A stretch of DNA of 64,000 bases from positions 24,017 through 88,016 of the forward strand of contig CAMKWA010000009.1 in the NCBI GenBank assembly GCA_946476835.1. Reading direction: 5' to 3'. This DNA comes from an uncultured Neokomagataea sp. (GTDB lineage Bacteria > Pseudomonadota > Alphaproteobacteria > Acetobacterales > Acetobacteraceae). The translations under genes were made by a program, and so were the position numbers. Numbering within the stretch: position 1 is the first letter of the stretch; each line of letters opens with the position of its first letter. Below are positions 49,011 through 57,942 of this stretch, one piece after another. The notes under the pieces are model-generated. The model worked only from the letters and a program-made list of their open reading frames with translations, did not search any database and had not been told where the DNA came from.

Positions 49011-49140
49011 TACGATTAAAAAACGTTTTTCAGGCGCATCATCATATTCTCCAATGAAATAGTACTTTTCTTATAGGCCTCAATTATTTCGAAATCGAAT
49101 ATATTGTCTCCCACGCGCTCACCGCTTACACACAACCATT

Positions 49141-49467
49141 ATGAGCACAACAACACCCGCTTGCCCGCAATGCACCCTTGAAGATAACCACCTTCAAGGC
49201 CCTCATCATGTCTGTAATATTTGCGGCTATGAATGGCCTGCAGATATCGCAGAAACCACCCCTGATGAAGACATCATCCGTGATTCAAACGGCACGCCTC
49301 TTTCTGATGGGGATACCGTAATGATCATTAAGGATCTCAAAGTGAAAGGGGGATCAAACGCACTAAAAGTCGGCACAAAAATCAAAAATATTCGCCTGCG
49401 CAGCGGTGATCATGCTGTTGAAGCTGGCAGCTACATGCTTAAGGCTGAATTTTTACGCAAAGTCTAA
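49141..49467 (+). CDS. phnA: PhnA/YjdM zinc-ribbon protein
   Basis: An N-terminal CPQC...CNIC zinc ribbon and a C-terminal GD.V..IKDLKVKG...LKVGTKIKNIRL block. Confidence 0.85.
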   Translation: MSTTTPACPQCTLEDNHLQGPHHVCNICGYEWPADIAETTPDEDIIRDSNGTPLSDGDTVMIIKDLKVKGGSNALKVGTKIKNIRLRSGDHAVEAGSYMLKAEFLRKV

Positions 49468-49496
49468 AACGAAATCACCCAACACTGGAACACAAG

Positions 49497-49526
49497 ACTG
49501 CGTTGAAAAAATTTAGCGCAGTTTTC
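49497..49526 (+). terminator. Possible terminator after phnA
   Basis: actgcg ... cgcagt stem with a 14-nt loop, followed by TTTC. Confidence 0.3.
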
Positions 49527-49682
49527 ACAATAAATACCCACAAAAAAAAGCATATACAGGCCAGACCACCATGCACTGGCCTATACATTCATCTCTCCAC
49601 ACAAAACATGTGGGCATTACCCAAACAGCTTTTGCGCCAAACACTCAGAGGCACAGAATACACTGTACCCCTGATATGATTT

Positions 49683-51563
49683 TTACGGCTGCACAGCCCG
49701 CAGCACATAACCCGTCAGGCTACCGCTCGCTTCTTCTTCATTTAGATCGGCAGCCAAACGAAGCTCAGGCTCCAAAGGTGCTTCATAAGGAGCAGAAACT
49801 CCCGTGAACTCCGCAATCTTCCCCGAACGCGCCGCCGCATAAAGGCCCTTCGGGTCCCGCGTTTCACAGGTTTCCAAGGGTGTATCCACAAAGACCTCGT
49901 GAAAACCTTCACCGATAATATGTCGTGCTTGCTCCCGATCTTCCCGTAGTGGGGAAACCAGCGCCACCACCACAACCTGACCACTCTCCGCTAAAATCTT
50001 CGCCACATGCGCGGCGCGGCGAATATTTTCCCGGCGATCTTCCGGTGAGAAACCCAGATCACTGCACAAACCAGCACGCAGCGTATCACCGTCCAGAACG
50101 GTTGCTTGTACGCCCTGCTCCGTCAAAGCCAACTCAGCAGAACGCGCCACTGTGCTCTTACCGGAACCGGGAAGGCCCGTCAGCCAGAACACAGCACTCC
50201 GGTGCCCACGCGCACGCTGTTGTGCTTCAGCAGACACACGGCTGGCCGTCGGATGAATGGCCAGAGTTCTCTCATCCAATTCCGCTTCACCGATCAGCGG
50301 GGCGCCGCCCACAATACGCTGAAAACGGTCCACCAAAACGCCACGCCCATCACCTAAGCCCGGCGTAAACGCATCAAATAACAACGCATGTGACGCCGCA
50401 AGCGTGACTTCTGCAAAACCATCGGGCTGCACTGTATCGCCCGGCCCCATGCTCAGATCATCCAGATCCACTACGGCATCAATCGACGCCACAGTCACGT
50501 CATGCTCTGCCGTAGCCAAACGCAGCGTGAAGCTTTCGCCAATGCGCAAAGGCTCACCACGCAGCCAGAACAGACGCGTGCGAAGCCGAGCAGACTTAAT
50601 CGGCGCATTCTCACTCTGTCCGGCAGGGAACAATAAATCCCCACGATCAGGCACCAAATCTGGCTCTAAACGCAGCGCAATGGACTCACCTGCTCCCGCC
50701 ACAGGATGCTCTGGCGCATGCCAGCGACACACTTCCGCAACGGTTGCCACTTGCCCCTGCACGCCAATCGTGAGCTTATCACCCTGACGCACCGTACCGC
50801 GCTCAATCCGCCCGGCAACATAACGCACACCGTCAAAACGATACACATCCTGTACCGGCATACGGAACGGCAGTGCCAAGCGTGGCGCTGGTGGCTGCAC
50901 ATTCGACAGCGCTTCCACCAATGTTGGGCCCTTATACCAAGCAGAACGCTCGGAGCGGCTGGCAATATTATCACCATCACGCGCAGAAGCGGGCACCACG
51001 GCTTCTACAGAAATTTCCAAACGGCCTAAGAGCTGACGAACATCACTTTCCGCCTGCACAATCTGCGCTTCATCAAAACCAAGCACATCGGCTTTGTTCA
51101 ACAGCACGATCACATGACGAATACCGATCAAACGCAGCAAAAGCGCATGACGACGCGTCTGTTCTTGCGCGCCTTCCTTGGCATCCACAACCAGCACAGC
51201 TGCTTCCGCATCTGCCGCGCCGGTAATCATGTTCCGCAGAAACTGACGATGGCCCGGAGCATCCACAATCACAAATTCACGGCTACCCAAACGGAACGGG
51301 ATACGCGTGGAATCAACCGTCACGCCTTGGTCACGCTCAATCTGCAAGGAATCAAGCAAAAAGCTCCATTCCACCGCGAGACCACGCTTGCGGCTACTCT
51401 CCACAATCTGCGCCAACTTGCCGTCTTGCAGACTATCCGTGTCATAGAGCAAACGACCAATCAGCGTGGACTTGCCATGGTCCACATGCCCCACAATCAC
51501 AATCGGCGTTGCAGCCGCGCGATAAGCCTGTTCCAGCGTTTGATTCACGATTGTATCACCCAT
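49683..51563 (-). CDS. cysN: Bifunctional sulfate adenylyltransferase subunit 1 / APS kinase (CysN-CysC fusion)
   Basis: An N-terminal translational-GTPase domain ([19 protein letters not shown]) and a C-terminal APS kinase P-loop ([11 protein letters not shown]). Confidence 0.92.
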   Translation of the reverse strand: MGDTIVNQTLEQAYRAAATPIVIVGHVDHGKSTLIGRLLYDTDSLQDGKLAQIVESSRKRGLAVEWSFLLDSLQIERDQGVTVDSTRIPFRLGSREFVIVDAPGHRQFLRNMITGAADAEAAVLVVDAKEGAQEQTRRHALLLRLIGIRHVIVLLNKADVLGFDEAQIVQAESDVRQLLGRLEISVEAVVPASARDGDNIASRSERSAWYKGPTLVEALSNVQPPAPRLALPFRMPVQDVYRFDGVRYVAGRIERGTVRQGDKLTIGVQGQVATVAEVCRWHAPEHPVAGAGESIALRLEPDLVPDRGDLLFPAGQSENAPIKSARLRTRLFWLRGEPLRIGESFTLRLATAEHDVTVASIDAVVDLDDLSMGPGDTVQPDGFAEVTLAASHALLFDAFTPGLGDGRGVLVDRFQRIVGGAPLIGEAELDERTLAIHPTASRVSAEAQQRARGHRSAVFWLTGLPGSGKSTVARSAELALTEQGVQATVLDGDTLRAGLCSDLGFSPEDRRENIRRAAHVAKILAESGQVVVVALVSPLREDREQARHIIGEGFHEVFVDTPLETCETRDPKGLYAAARSGKIAEFTGVSAPYEAPLEPELRLAADLNEEEASGSLTGYVLRAVQP

Positions 51564-51565
51564 TT

Positions 51566-52414
51566 TTACAGATACCCCGCCACACGCAGGCGCTCAAACG
51601 CGTCTTCTGATTCATGATCCATAGCCCGCCCAGCGCGTTCAGACGTTTTGCTGTTTTCAAGTTCAGCAATCACTTCCGCCACGGTGGACGCATTGCTCTC
51701 AACCGGGCTGGTAATGTCTTGGTCACCCAATGAGCGGTAACGCTTGCCATCCTTAGCAAAATACAAATCAACAAGCGGGATATTCTCACGCTCAATATAG
51801 CGCCAAATGTCGATCTCGCGCCATGATAGCAACGGATGGACACGAATATGCATGCCGTCTTCATACGGCGTGGCATACTGGTCCCAAAACTCCGGCGGCT
51901 GATTACGCACATCCCAACGATGCCCCGCACCACGGGGGCTAAACACCCGCTCCTTAGCGCGCGTTGCCTGTTCATCACGGCGGATACCCGCGATCACACC
52001 GCGTAGCTTCCGCTCATCAATCAACTTCGCCAAACCGGCTGTTTTCCGAGCAGCAGAGCGCGCAGCAGGCGGCAAAGATGGATCAATCTCTTCAACAGGT
52101 GGGCAATCACCAAGGATCAAATCCAGATCCCATTTCTTGGCGTACTCTTCACGGAAGGCATACATTTCTGGGAATTTCTTCCCCGTATCCACATGCATCA
52201 CCGGAAAAGGCACACGCCCCATAAAGGCTTTCCGTGCCAACCACACCATAACATTGCTGTCTTTACCCAAAGACCACAGCAAGGAGAGCGGCTTTAATTT
52301 CCGATACGCCTCACGCAGCACAAAAATGCTCTGCGCTTCCAACTGGTCAAGATCATCCATAACACGAGGCGTTGCCTGAGATATGCCCGAGGTCATTCTG
52401 GTCTCCGTCTGCAT
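51566..52414 (-). CDS. cysD: Sulfate adenylyltransferase subunit 2
   Basis: [15 protein letters not shown]... and [11 protein letters not shown]-loop-like motif. Its stop lies 2 nt before the cysN start. Confidence 0.9.
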   Translation of the reverse strand: MQTETRMTSGISQATPRVMDDLDQLEAQSIFVLREAYRKLKPLSLLWSLGKDSNVMVWLARKAFMGRVPFPVMHVDTGKKFPEMYAFREEYAKKWDLDLILGDCPPVEEIDPSLPPAARSAARKTAGLAKLIDERKLRGVIAGIRRDEQATRAKERVFSPRGAGHRWDVRNQPPEFWDQYATPYEDGMHIRVHPLLSWREIDIWRYIERENIPLVDLYFAKDGKRYRSLGDQDITSPVESNASTVAEVIAELENSKTSERAGRAMDHESEDAFERLRVAGYL

Positions 52415-52429
52415 GGCGCCTTCATCCCC

Positions 52430-53110
52430 TTAGCTCGGGCGATGAATGCCACATTCCGTTTTTGCCAGACCAGCCCAGCGACCGGCCCGCGCATCCTCAC
52501 CTTCGCCAATCGCGCGCGTACAAGGCGCGCAGCCGATTGACGTATACCCTTGAGCCACCAGTGGATGACGCGGCAAACCACGTGTGCGCATCACCGCCTC
52601 CACTCGTTCCGGCCCCCAACCTGCCAGCGGGTTAATCTTCACCCGCCCATCAGGCTGCACATCCACAACAGGCAAAGCTGCCCGTGTCTGTGCCTGACTA
52701 CGCTTACGCCCCGTCAGCCACAGATCAAACTCTGGAAGAACGCTATCCAGCGGTTCCACTTTCCGCAATGCACAACATGCATCAGGATCAAAAGCCGCCA
52801 ATTGGTCCTGCGGATCCCGCGCCTGTAATTGCAGCGCGGACGGTCCAATCACGCGCACATCTTGCAAAGACAACGTCTGTGCCAGCGTATGACGATACGC
52901 TAATGTCTCAGCAAAGTGCCTTTGCGTATCCAAGAAGAAAACCGGTACCGACGCATCTCTTTGTGCCACCAAGTCCAGCAACACCGCCGACTCAGCGCCA
53001 AAAGACGAAATCACCGCCACACGCCCCCGAAACTCAGCCAAAACACGCGTTAGGACATCCTCTTCTGGCGTATCCAGGAGGGCTTTCAGTTCGGTTGGGG
53101 AAAGAGACAT
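52430..53110 (-). CDS. cysH: Assimilatory APS/PAPS reductase, Fe-S (CC...CxxC) type
   Basis: The CCALRKVEPL and GCAPCT cysteine pairs plus C-terminal ECGIH are the signature of APS-reductase-type CysH. Confidence 0.85.
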   Translation of the reverse strand: MSLSPTELKALLDTPEEDVLTRVLAEFRGRVAVISSFGAESAVLLDLVAQRDASVPVFFLDTQRHFAETLAYRHTLAQTLSLQDVRVIGPSALQLQARDPQDQLAAFDPDACCALRKVEPLDSVLPEFDLWLTGRKRSQAQTRAALPVVDVQPDGRVKINPLAGWGPERVEAVMRTRGLPRHPLVAQGYTSIGCAPCTRAIGEGEDARAGRWAGLAKTECGIHRPS

Positions 53111-53356
53111 AAAGTGCCACCCAATCCAACGTCATGCATGGCGAACATCGCAGAGCACAACAATGACTGAAGCAGACATAAGACGTCACACCATCAATTT
53201 CAACGATATAATATGGTATTACCTTTTATTTTAGTGATTTTATACAAAAACCTCCCGCCTGACAGCACGGAGCGCTCATGCTAAATTCATTGGACAAAAC
53301 ACTTGGCCATAATCATACCAATCGGCCTCACACGAGCGGCACGCAAGGAGCGTAGG

Positions 53357-54541
53357 ATGACATCCCGCACGACACGCCACATCATGACATGCCTGCGGCC
53401 TGTTATCCGTCCGCTTATCCGTAGCCTGATGGTTACCAGCGTCCTCGCCAGCGCAGCATCTTTCCCCACTTATGCCGCACGCATCACTATGTCCGGAGAA
53501 GACCTAGATCTTACCGTTCCATGCTCCGGCACTGTACATATCATTGTGGACCCGTCCATGAAGGATGGCGCAACGCTCGACAGCAGCAATACTACACAAG
53601 TAACGCTGCGCACTGGGAAAGACGAAGCTGAAAGCCGCATCACCGTCTCCACACGAAGCTGTGCACCTGCTGGCCGCCTGACTATTAGCGTCTCCCCAAT
53701 TACCGGTATTTCCATTCATGACAGCCGCGATACCCGCTTCACCATCACTGGAAAACTTGCCTCCTTGGATGCCAGCTTAGATTCCAACACATTAACGGCT
53801 GACAATATCCAATCACTCGACCTCAGTATGCGCGGAACATCCAGCGTGCATATCGGTACGCTCGACCGTGCGGCGCAAATCGTTGCATCCGGCAATACAA
53901 GCTTCACCGCAGACCATGCGAGTCTCACAGCCTTCTCCGCACAACTGACAAACAGCGCGACACTCAACGTCGCTCAAGGCACAATTGAAGCGCTTACCCT
54001 CGTCACAGCAGACAATGCCTCCGCCGCGTTAGCCAGCAGTGCATCACTCGCCACAATTACTGCTAACGGCACTGGCACCGTCGATGTCGCACAGGTCAAC
54101 GGCCCTGTCGTGCGTTCCGGGACTGGGACTGTGCATGTAGGAGATACCCCCCCCTCACAAACCACAATGCCACAAACGGCTACACTTCCCCCCGCCAAAC
54201 CATCCCAAGCCCCCGCCACAGTCACACCAACTGCTCCGGCTCCTTCAACACCAACACCACCAACCACTACAGCTGCGCCGCCAACAGTAACGCCTCCGGC
54301 ACAACCACAGCCAGCACCAGCCTCCCCAATAACACCTGCACCAGCAGCGCCTTCCGGCATGGTCAACACATCACCACGCCTCCCTGCCGCACCGCCAGCG
54401 CCTACCATCACACCGCCCCCTTCCTTACGCCCTCATGCAGATCTACCCCTCACGAACACACTCGCCTCAACGCCCCCAGCCCCACAGATTGAACAGCCTT
54501 CGCCCGCTCCGAACATATCCGCAACACCGTCACATAACTGA
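53357..54541 (+). CDS. Secreted GIN/DUF2807-like beta-helix protein with ~130-aa Pro/Thr/Ala-rich tail
   Basis: AAGGAG SD before ATG 53357, followed by a signal-like N-terminus. The repeated beta-strand body (...TLNVAQGTIEALTLVTADNASA...GTGTVHVG) is followed by PSQTTMPQTATLPPAKPSQAPATVTPTAPAPSTPTPP... Confidence 0.55.
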   Translation: MTSRTTRHIMTCLRPVIRPLIRSLMVTSVLASAASFPTYAARITMSGEDLDLTVPCSGTVHIIVDPSMKDGATLDSSNTTQVTLRTGKDEAESRITVSTRSCAPAGRLTISVSPITGISIHDSRDTRFTITGKLASLDASLDSNTLTADNIQSLDLSMRGTSSVHIGTLDRAAQIVASGNTSFTADHASLTAFSAQLTNSATLNVAQGTIEALTLVTADNASAALASSASLATITANGTGTVDVAQVNGPVVRSGTGTVHVGDTPPSQTTMPQTATLPPAKPSQAPATVTPTAPAPSTPTPPTTTAAPPTVTPPAQPQPAPASPITPAPAAPSGMVNTSPRLPAAPPAPTITPPPSLRPHADLPLTNTLASTPPAPQIEQPSPAPNISATPSHN

Positions 54542-54595
54542 TACAGAGATCACAGAACTTTGACGTAAACCCAAAGGCAAGGTAGGGGCTGAAGA

Positions 54596-55381
54596 GTGAA
54601 CGCCGTTATCGAACTCATCGCGGCCATTGGTCGCGCCGTCCTAGGGTTAATCCGCCATGCTGGCGCTTTGGCCCTTTTCGCCCTTGAAGGTCTGTCGCAC
54701 CTCGTGCGCCCGCCATTCTATGGCCGCGTCTTTTTGACGAGCCTGCTTGAAATCGGATTCTTCTCACTGCCTGTCGTGGCGCTGACGGCTCTGTTCTCTG
54801 GTGCTGTAATTGCCCTACAATCCTATACAGGGTTCGGGCAATACCATGTGCAAAGCGCTATTGCGGGGATCGTCGTACTTGCCGTCACGCGAGAACTCGG
54901 CCCCGTTCTTGCTGGCCTAATGGTTGCTGGGCGCGTGGGCGCTGCCATGTCCGCCGAAATCGGCACGATGCGCGTCACCGATCAGATCGACGCCCTCAGT
55001 ACACTCTCCACCAACCCCATGAAATATCTGGTCACACCACGTCTTTTGGCCGGCACCTTAGCACTCCCCTGCTTGGTGCTCATTGCCGATATTTTAGGCG
55101 TCCTCGGTGGCTTCACAGTTTCTGTCGCCAAACTCGGGTTTTCTCCGTCTTCCTATATCCTCGCGACCCTTAGCGCACTGAAAACCATTGATGTGGTTGT
55201 TGGCCTTGCTAAAGCTGCGACCTTTGGTTTCCTGATTTCCTTATTGGGCTGCTATCATGGCTATAACAGCCGCGGCGGTGCGGAAGGCGTAGGGTCAGCC
55301 ACAACGGCTGCCGTTGTCGGGGCCTCTATTCTGCTCTTCTTATTCGACTATCTCCTGACCGATCTCTTCTTTTCACAATGA
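54596..55381 (+). CDS. mlaE: MlaE family ABC transporter permease
   Basis: LLEIGFFSLPVVALTALFSGAVIALQ... and REL.PVL.GLMVAGRVGAAM..EIGTMRVTDQIDAL, the typical MlaE block. Confidence 0.88.
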   Translation: MNAVIELIAAIGRAVLGLIRHAGALALFALEGLSHLVRPPFYGRVFLTSLLEIGFFSLPVVALTALFSGAVIALQSYTGFGQYHVQSAIAGIVVLAVTRELGPVLAGLMVAGRVGAAMSAEIGTMRVTDQIDALSTLSTNPMKYLVTPRLLAGTLALPCLVLIADILGVLGGFTVSVAKLGFSPSSYILATLSALKTIDVVVGLAKAATFGFLISLLGCYHGYNSRGGAEGVGSATTAAVVGASILLFLFDYLLTDLFFSQ

Positions 55382-56181
55382 GTGACCCTGTGAGCCAGAG
55401 CCCAAAAATTCGCATCCGGGGCCTCTCCAAAGCCTTTGGTTCTAAGACCGTGCTTGATGGTATTGACCTTGATGTCATGCCACGCACCTCTATGGTTATT
55501 ATTGGCGGCTCTGGTTCCGGGAAGTCCGTGCTTCTGCGCTGTATTTTGGGCCTCATTGAACCCGATAGCGGCAGCATCGAAATTGATGGTGAGAACATCC
55601 TCACAGCGTCTCGCGCGCGGCGTGAAGTCCTCCGCCGCCAAATCGGTATGCTCTTCCAAAATGCCGCTTTGTTCGACAGTATGAGCGTTGCTGACAATAT
55701 CGGCTTTGGCCTCCGCGCAAAGCACCATCCGGGCAGCGGGCCTAAGCCATCCAAATCCCAAGCGCGTACCCTCGCAGAACCTTTACTGGAACAGGTTGGC
55801 CTCGCTCCATCCATTGGCGCACTTGCCCCGTCTGAACTCTCCGGTGGCATGCAAAAGCGCGTAGGCCTTGCCCGTGCTATCGCAGGGCGCCCCGATATTT
55901 TGTTCTTTGATGAACCCACCACAGGACTTGACCCCATTATGGGGGCCGTCATTGATGGATTGATCGTTGATTGCGTCCAAAAACTTGGTTCAACCGCCAT
56001 TGCCATCACCCATGACATGGCCTCTGCACAGCGCATCGGCACAGATGCTGCCATGCTGTACCAAGGCAAACTCGTCTGGAAAGGCAAAGCGACGGAACTA
56101 ATGAACTCCGGCAACGCGATGGTTGATCAATTCACACATGGCCGCCGTGAAGGCCCTATCAATATGGAGCCACGGAAGTGA
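55378..56181 (+). CDS. mlaF: MlaF-type ABC transporter ATP-binding protein
   Basis: Walker A GGSGSGKS, signature LSGGMQKRVGLARA and Walker B ILFFDEPT. It has a 4-nt ATGA overlap with mlaE. Confidence 0.9.
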   Translation: MSDPVSQSPKIRIRGLSKAFGSKTVLDGIDLDVMPRTSMVIIGGSGSGKSVLLRCILGLIEPDSGSIEIDGENILTASRARREVLRRQIGMLFQNAALFDSMSVADNIGFGLRAKHHPGSGPKPSKSQARTLAEPLLEQVGLAPSIGALAPSELSGGMQKRVGLARAIAGRPDILFFDEPTTGLDPIMGAVIDGLIVDCVQKLGSTAIAITHDMASAQRIGTDAAMLYQGKLVWKGKATELMNSGNAMVDQFTHGRREGPINMEPRK

Positions 56182-56387
56182 TCCCTCAACGAAACCGCCC
56201 CCCACTTTTCACGCGGCCGCTCATCTACCGTATGCTACTCAGCTATGTGATTGCCATTCCCATGCTGTTTTTGCTTTTGCGCTACATGCAAACCCATCCG
56301 GGCATTCTCGTACCTGCGGTCGGGATGGTCGTCATTATGGTCGTATCGCGCACATTGGCACGTGCGATTTTGCGTTCAAAAGCCTAA
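56178..56387 (+). CDS. Small two-TM hypothetical membrane protein (69 aa)
   Basis: The GTG start overlaps the mlaF stop (GTGA), and there are two hydrophobic segments. It could be spurious. Confidence 0.35.
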   Translation: MIPQRNRPPLFTRPLIYRMLLSYVIAIPMLFLLLRYMQTHPGILVPAVGMVVIMVVSRTLARAILRSKA

Positions 56388-56411
56388 CCCTTTACTCAAA
56401 AGACTCCCGCA

Positions 56412-57812
56412 ATGGCACGCAAAGCTTCCTCTCGTTACGTTTGCCAATCCTGCGGCACCACCACCCCAAAATGGGCCGGTAAATGCGATGCCTGCGGTGA
56501 GTGGAATTCACTCGTCGAAGAAACAGCCGAACCTACGGCACGCAAGACCGGCAACCTCCGCTCAGGACGCCTCAACACTGTACGTCTTGATGGTGAAGTA
56601 AAGCCACCACCACGCATCAGCACCTCCATTGCAGAACTTGACCGCGTTTTAGGGGGCGGCCTTGTCCCGGCCTCCGTCGTGTTGGTCGGCGGTGACCCCG
56701 GCATCGGCAAATCAACCCTCATGCTGCAAACCACATGTGCCCTCGCACAAAGCGGCCATCGTGTTTTATATGTCTCTGGGGAAGAAGCGGTGGACCAAAT
56801 CCGCATCCGTGCCCAGCGTTTAGGCTTGGACCAAAACCCCAAAACATTGGATTCCCTAGACCTCGCAGCCTCCATTAATGTAGGCGAAATCGTTGGCTCC
56901 CTAGAGCACGAACGCAAACACACCGTCGTCGTCATTGATTCCATCCAAACCATGTGGCTGGAAAATATCGAAAGCGCACCCGGCTCAGTGGCCCAAGTTC
57001 GCGCTTGCGCCTTTGAGCTGATCCGCCTCGCCAAAACGCTTGGCTTTGCATTAATCCTCATTGGCCACGTGACCAAAGAAGGCGCATTAGCTGGCCCACG
57101 CGTTCTGGAACACATGGTCGATGCCGTGATGTATTTTGAAGGCGATCGCGGACACCAATTCCGCATTCTCCGCGCTGCAAAAAACCGTTTCGGAGCCACC
57201 GATGAAATCGGTGTTTTTGCCATGACAGACACGGGACTGAACGAAGTCCCTAATCCGTCAGCCCTCTTTTTGGCAGAACGACGCGGCAATATTGCAGGGT
57301 CGGCCGTCTTTGCTGGCCTAGAAGGTACACGGCCCGTTCTTCTGGAAATTCAAGCCCTTCTCTCACCTAAAGCGGGAGATGGTGCACCGCGCCGCGCTGT
57401 AGTCGGGTGGGATACGGCCCGTCTGAATATGCTCCTCGCTGTTTTGGATGCACGCTGCGGCCTGAAATTAGCAGCAATGGACGTACACCTGAACATTGCC
57501 GGCGGCATGCGCGTCAATGAACCTGCTGCAGATATGGCCGTTGCTGCAGCCCTCATTTCTGCGGCAACAGGCACCCCAACATCACCAACAGCGGCCTATT
57601 TCGGTGAAGTCGGGCTTTCAGGCGAAGTGCGCCAAGTGTCTCAATCTGATTTGCGCTTAAAAGAAACAGCCAAACTCGGCTTTAACGCCGCAATACTACC
57701 ACGCCGTATTGCGGCAGGCTCTGCCCGCACCAAGCCACCGGCCGGTTTGTCACTTCATGATATTGGGCATTTGACAGATTTAGTGGAACTTTTCACTCCA
57801 TCAGATAAATAA
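56412..57812 (+). CDS. radA: DNA repair protein RadA (Sms)
   Basis: N-terminal zinc finger C.SCG....W.GKC..CG.WN, Walker A GDPGIGKST, KNRFG motif and a Lon-like C-terminal domain. Confidence 0.95.
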   Translation: MARKASSRYVCQSCGTTTPKWAGKCDACGEWNSLVEETAEPTARKTGNLRSGRLNTVRLDGEVKPPPRISTSIAELDRVLGGGLVPASVVLVGGDPGIGKSTLMLQTTCALAQSGHRVLYVSGEEAVDQIRIRAQRLGLDQNPKTLDSLDLAASINVGEIVGSLEHERKHTVVVIDSIQTMWLENIESAPGSVAQVRACAFELIRLAKTLGFALILIGHVTKEGALAGPRVLEHMVDAVMYFEGDRGHQFRILRAAKNRFGATDEIGVFAMTDTGLNEVPNPSALFLAERRGNIAGSAVFAGLEGTRPVLLEIQALLSPKAGDGAPRRAVVGWDTARLNMLLAVLDARCGLKLAAMDVHLNIAGGMRVNEPAADMAVAAALISAATGTPTSPTAAYFGEVGLSGEVRQVSQSDLRLKETAKLGFNAAILPRRIAAGSARTKPPAGLSLHDIGHLTDLVELFTPSDK

Positions 57813-57942
57813 TAAATTTCATTAATTACGAAAAATATTTTGACGTTTTATTAACTAACGTAAAAATATATTTTTCAATAATTGTTTTAGCAATAATTAT
57901 AAATATCAAGACCTATATACTATAATAAGAGGACACAAACCC
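57813..57942 (+). promoter_or_regulatory. Very AT-rich upstream region of the Hint-domain gene with an imperfect direct repeat
   Basis: TTAATTACGAAAAATATTTT (57822-57841) against TTAACTAACGTAAAAATATATTTT (57851-57874). An AAGAGGA SD precedes ATG 57943. Confidence 0.4.

Noticed and set aside
55326-56114. 262-aa minus-strand ORF antisense to mlaF. Similar long antisense ORFs occur at 56435..57289 (opposite radA), 36878..37393 (opposite pdc), 53974..54411 (opposite the GIN-like gene) and 29389..29919 (opposite atpF').
   Set aside because: Each lies fully inside a confidently identified gene on the other strand. Their translations are Arg/Pro/Ala-rich with no recognisable motifs, which is typical of shadow ORFs in GC-rich DNA.
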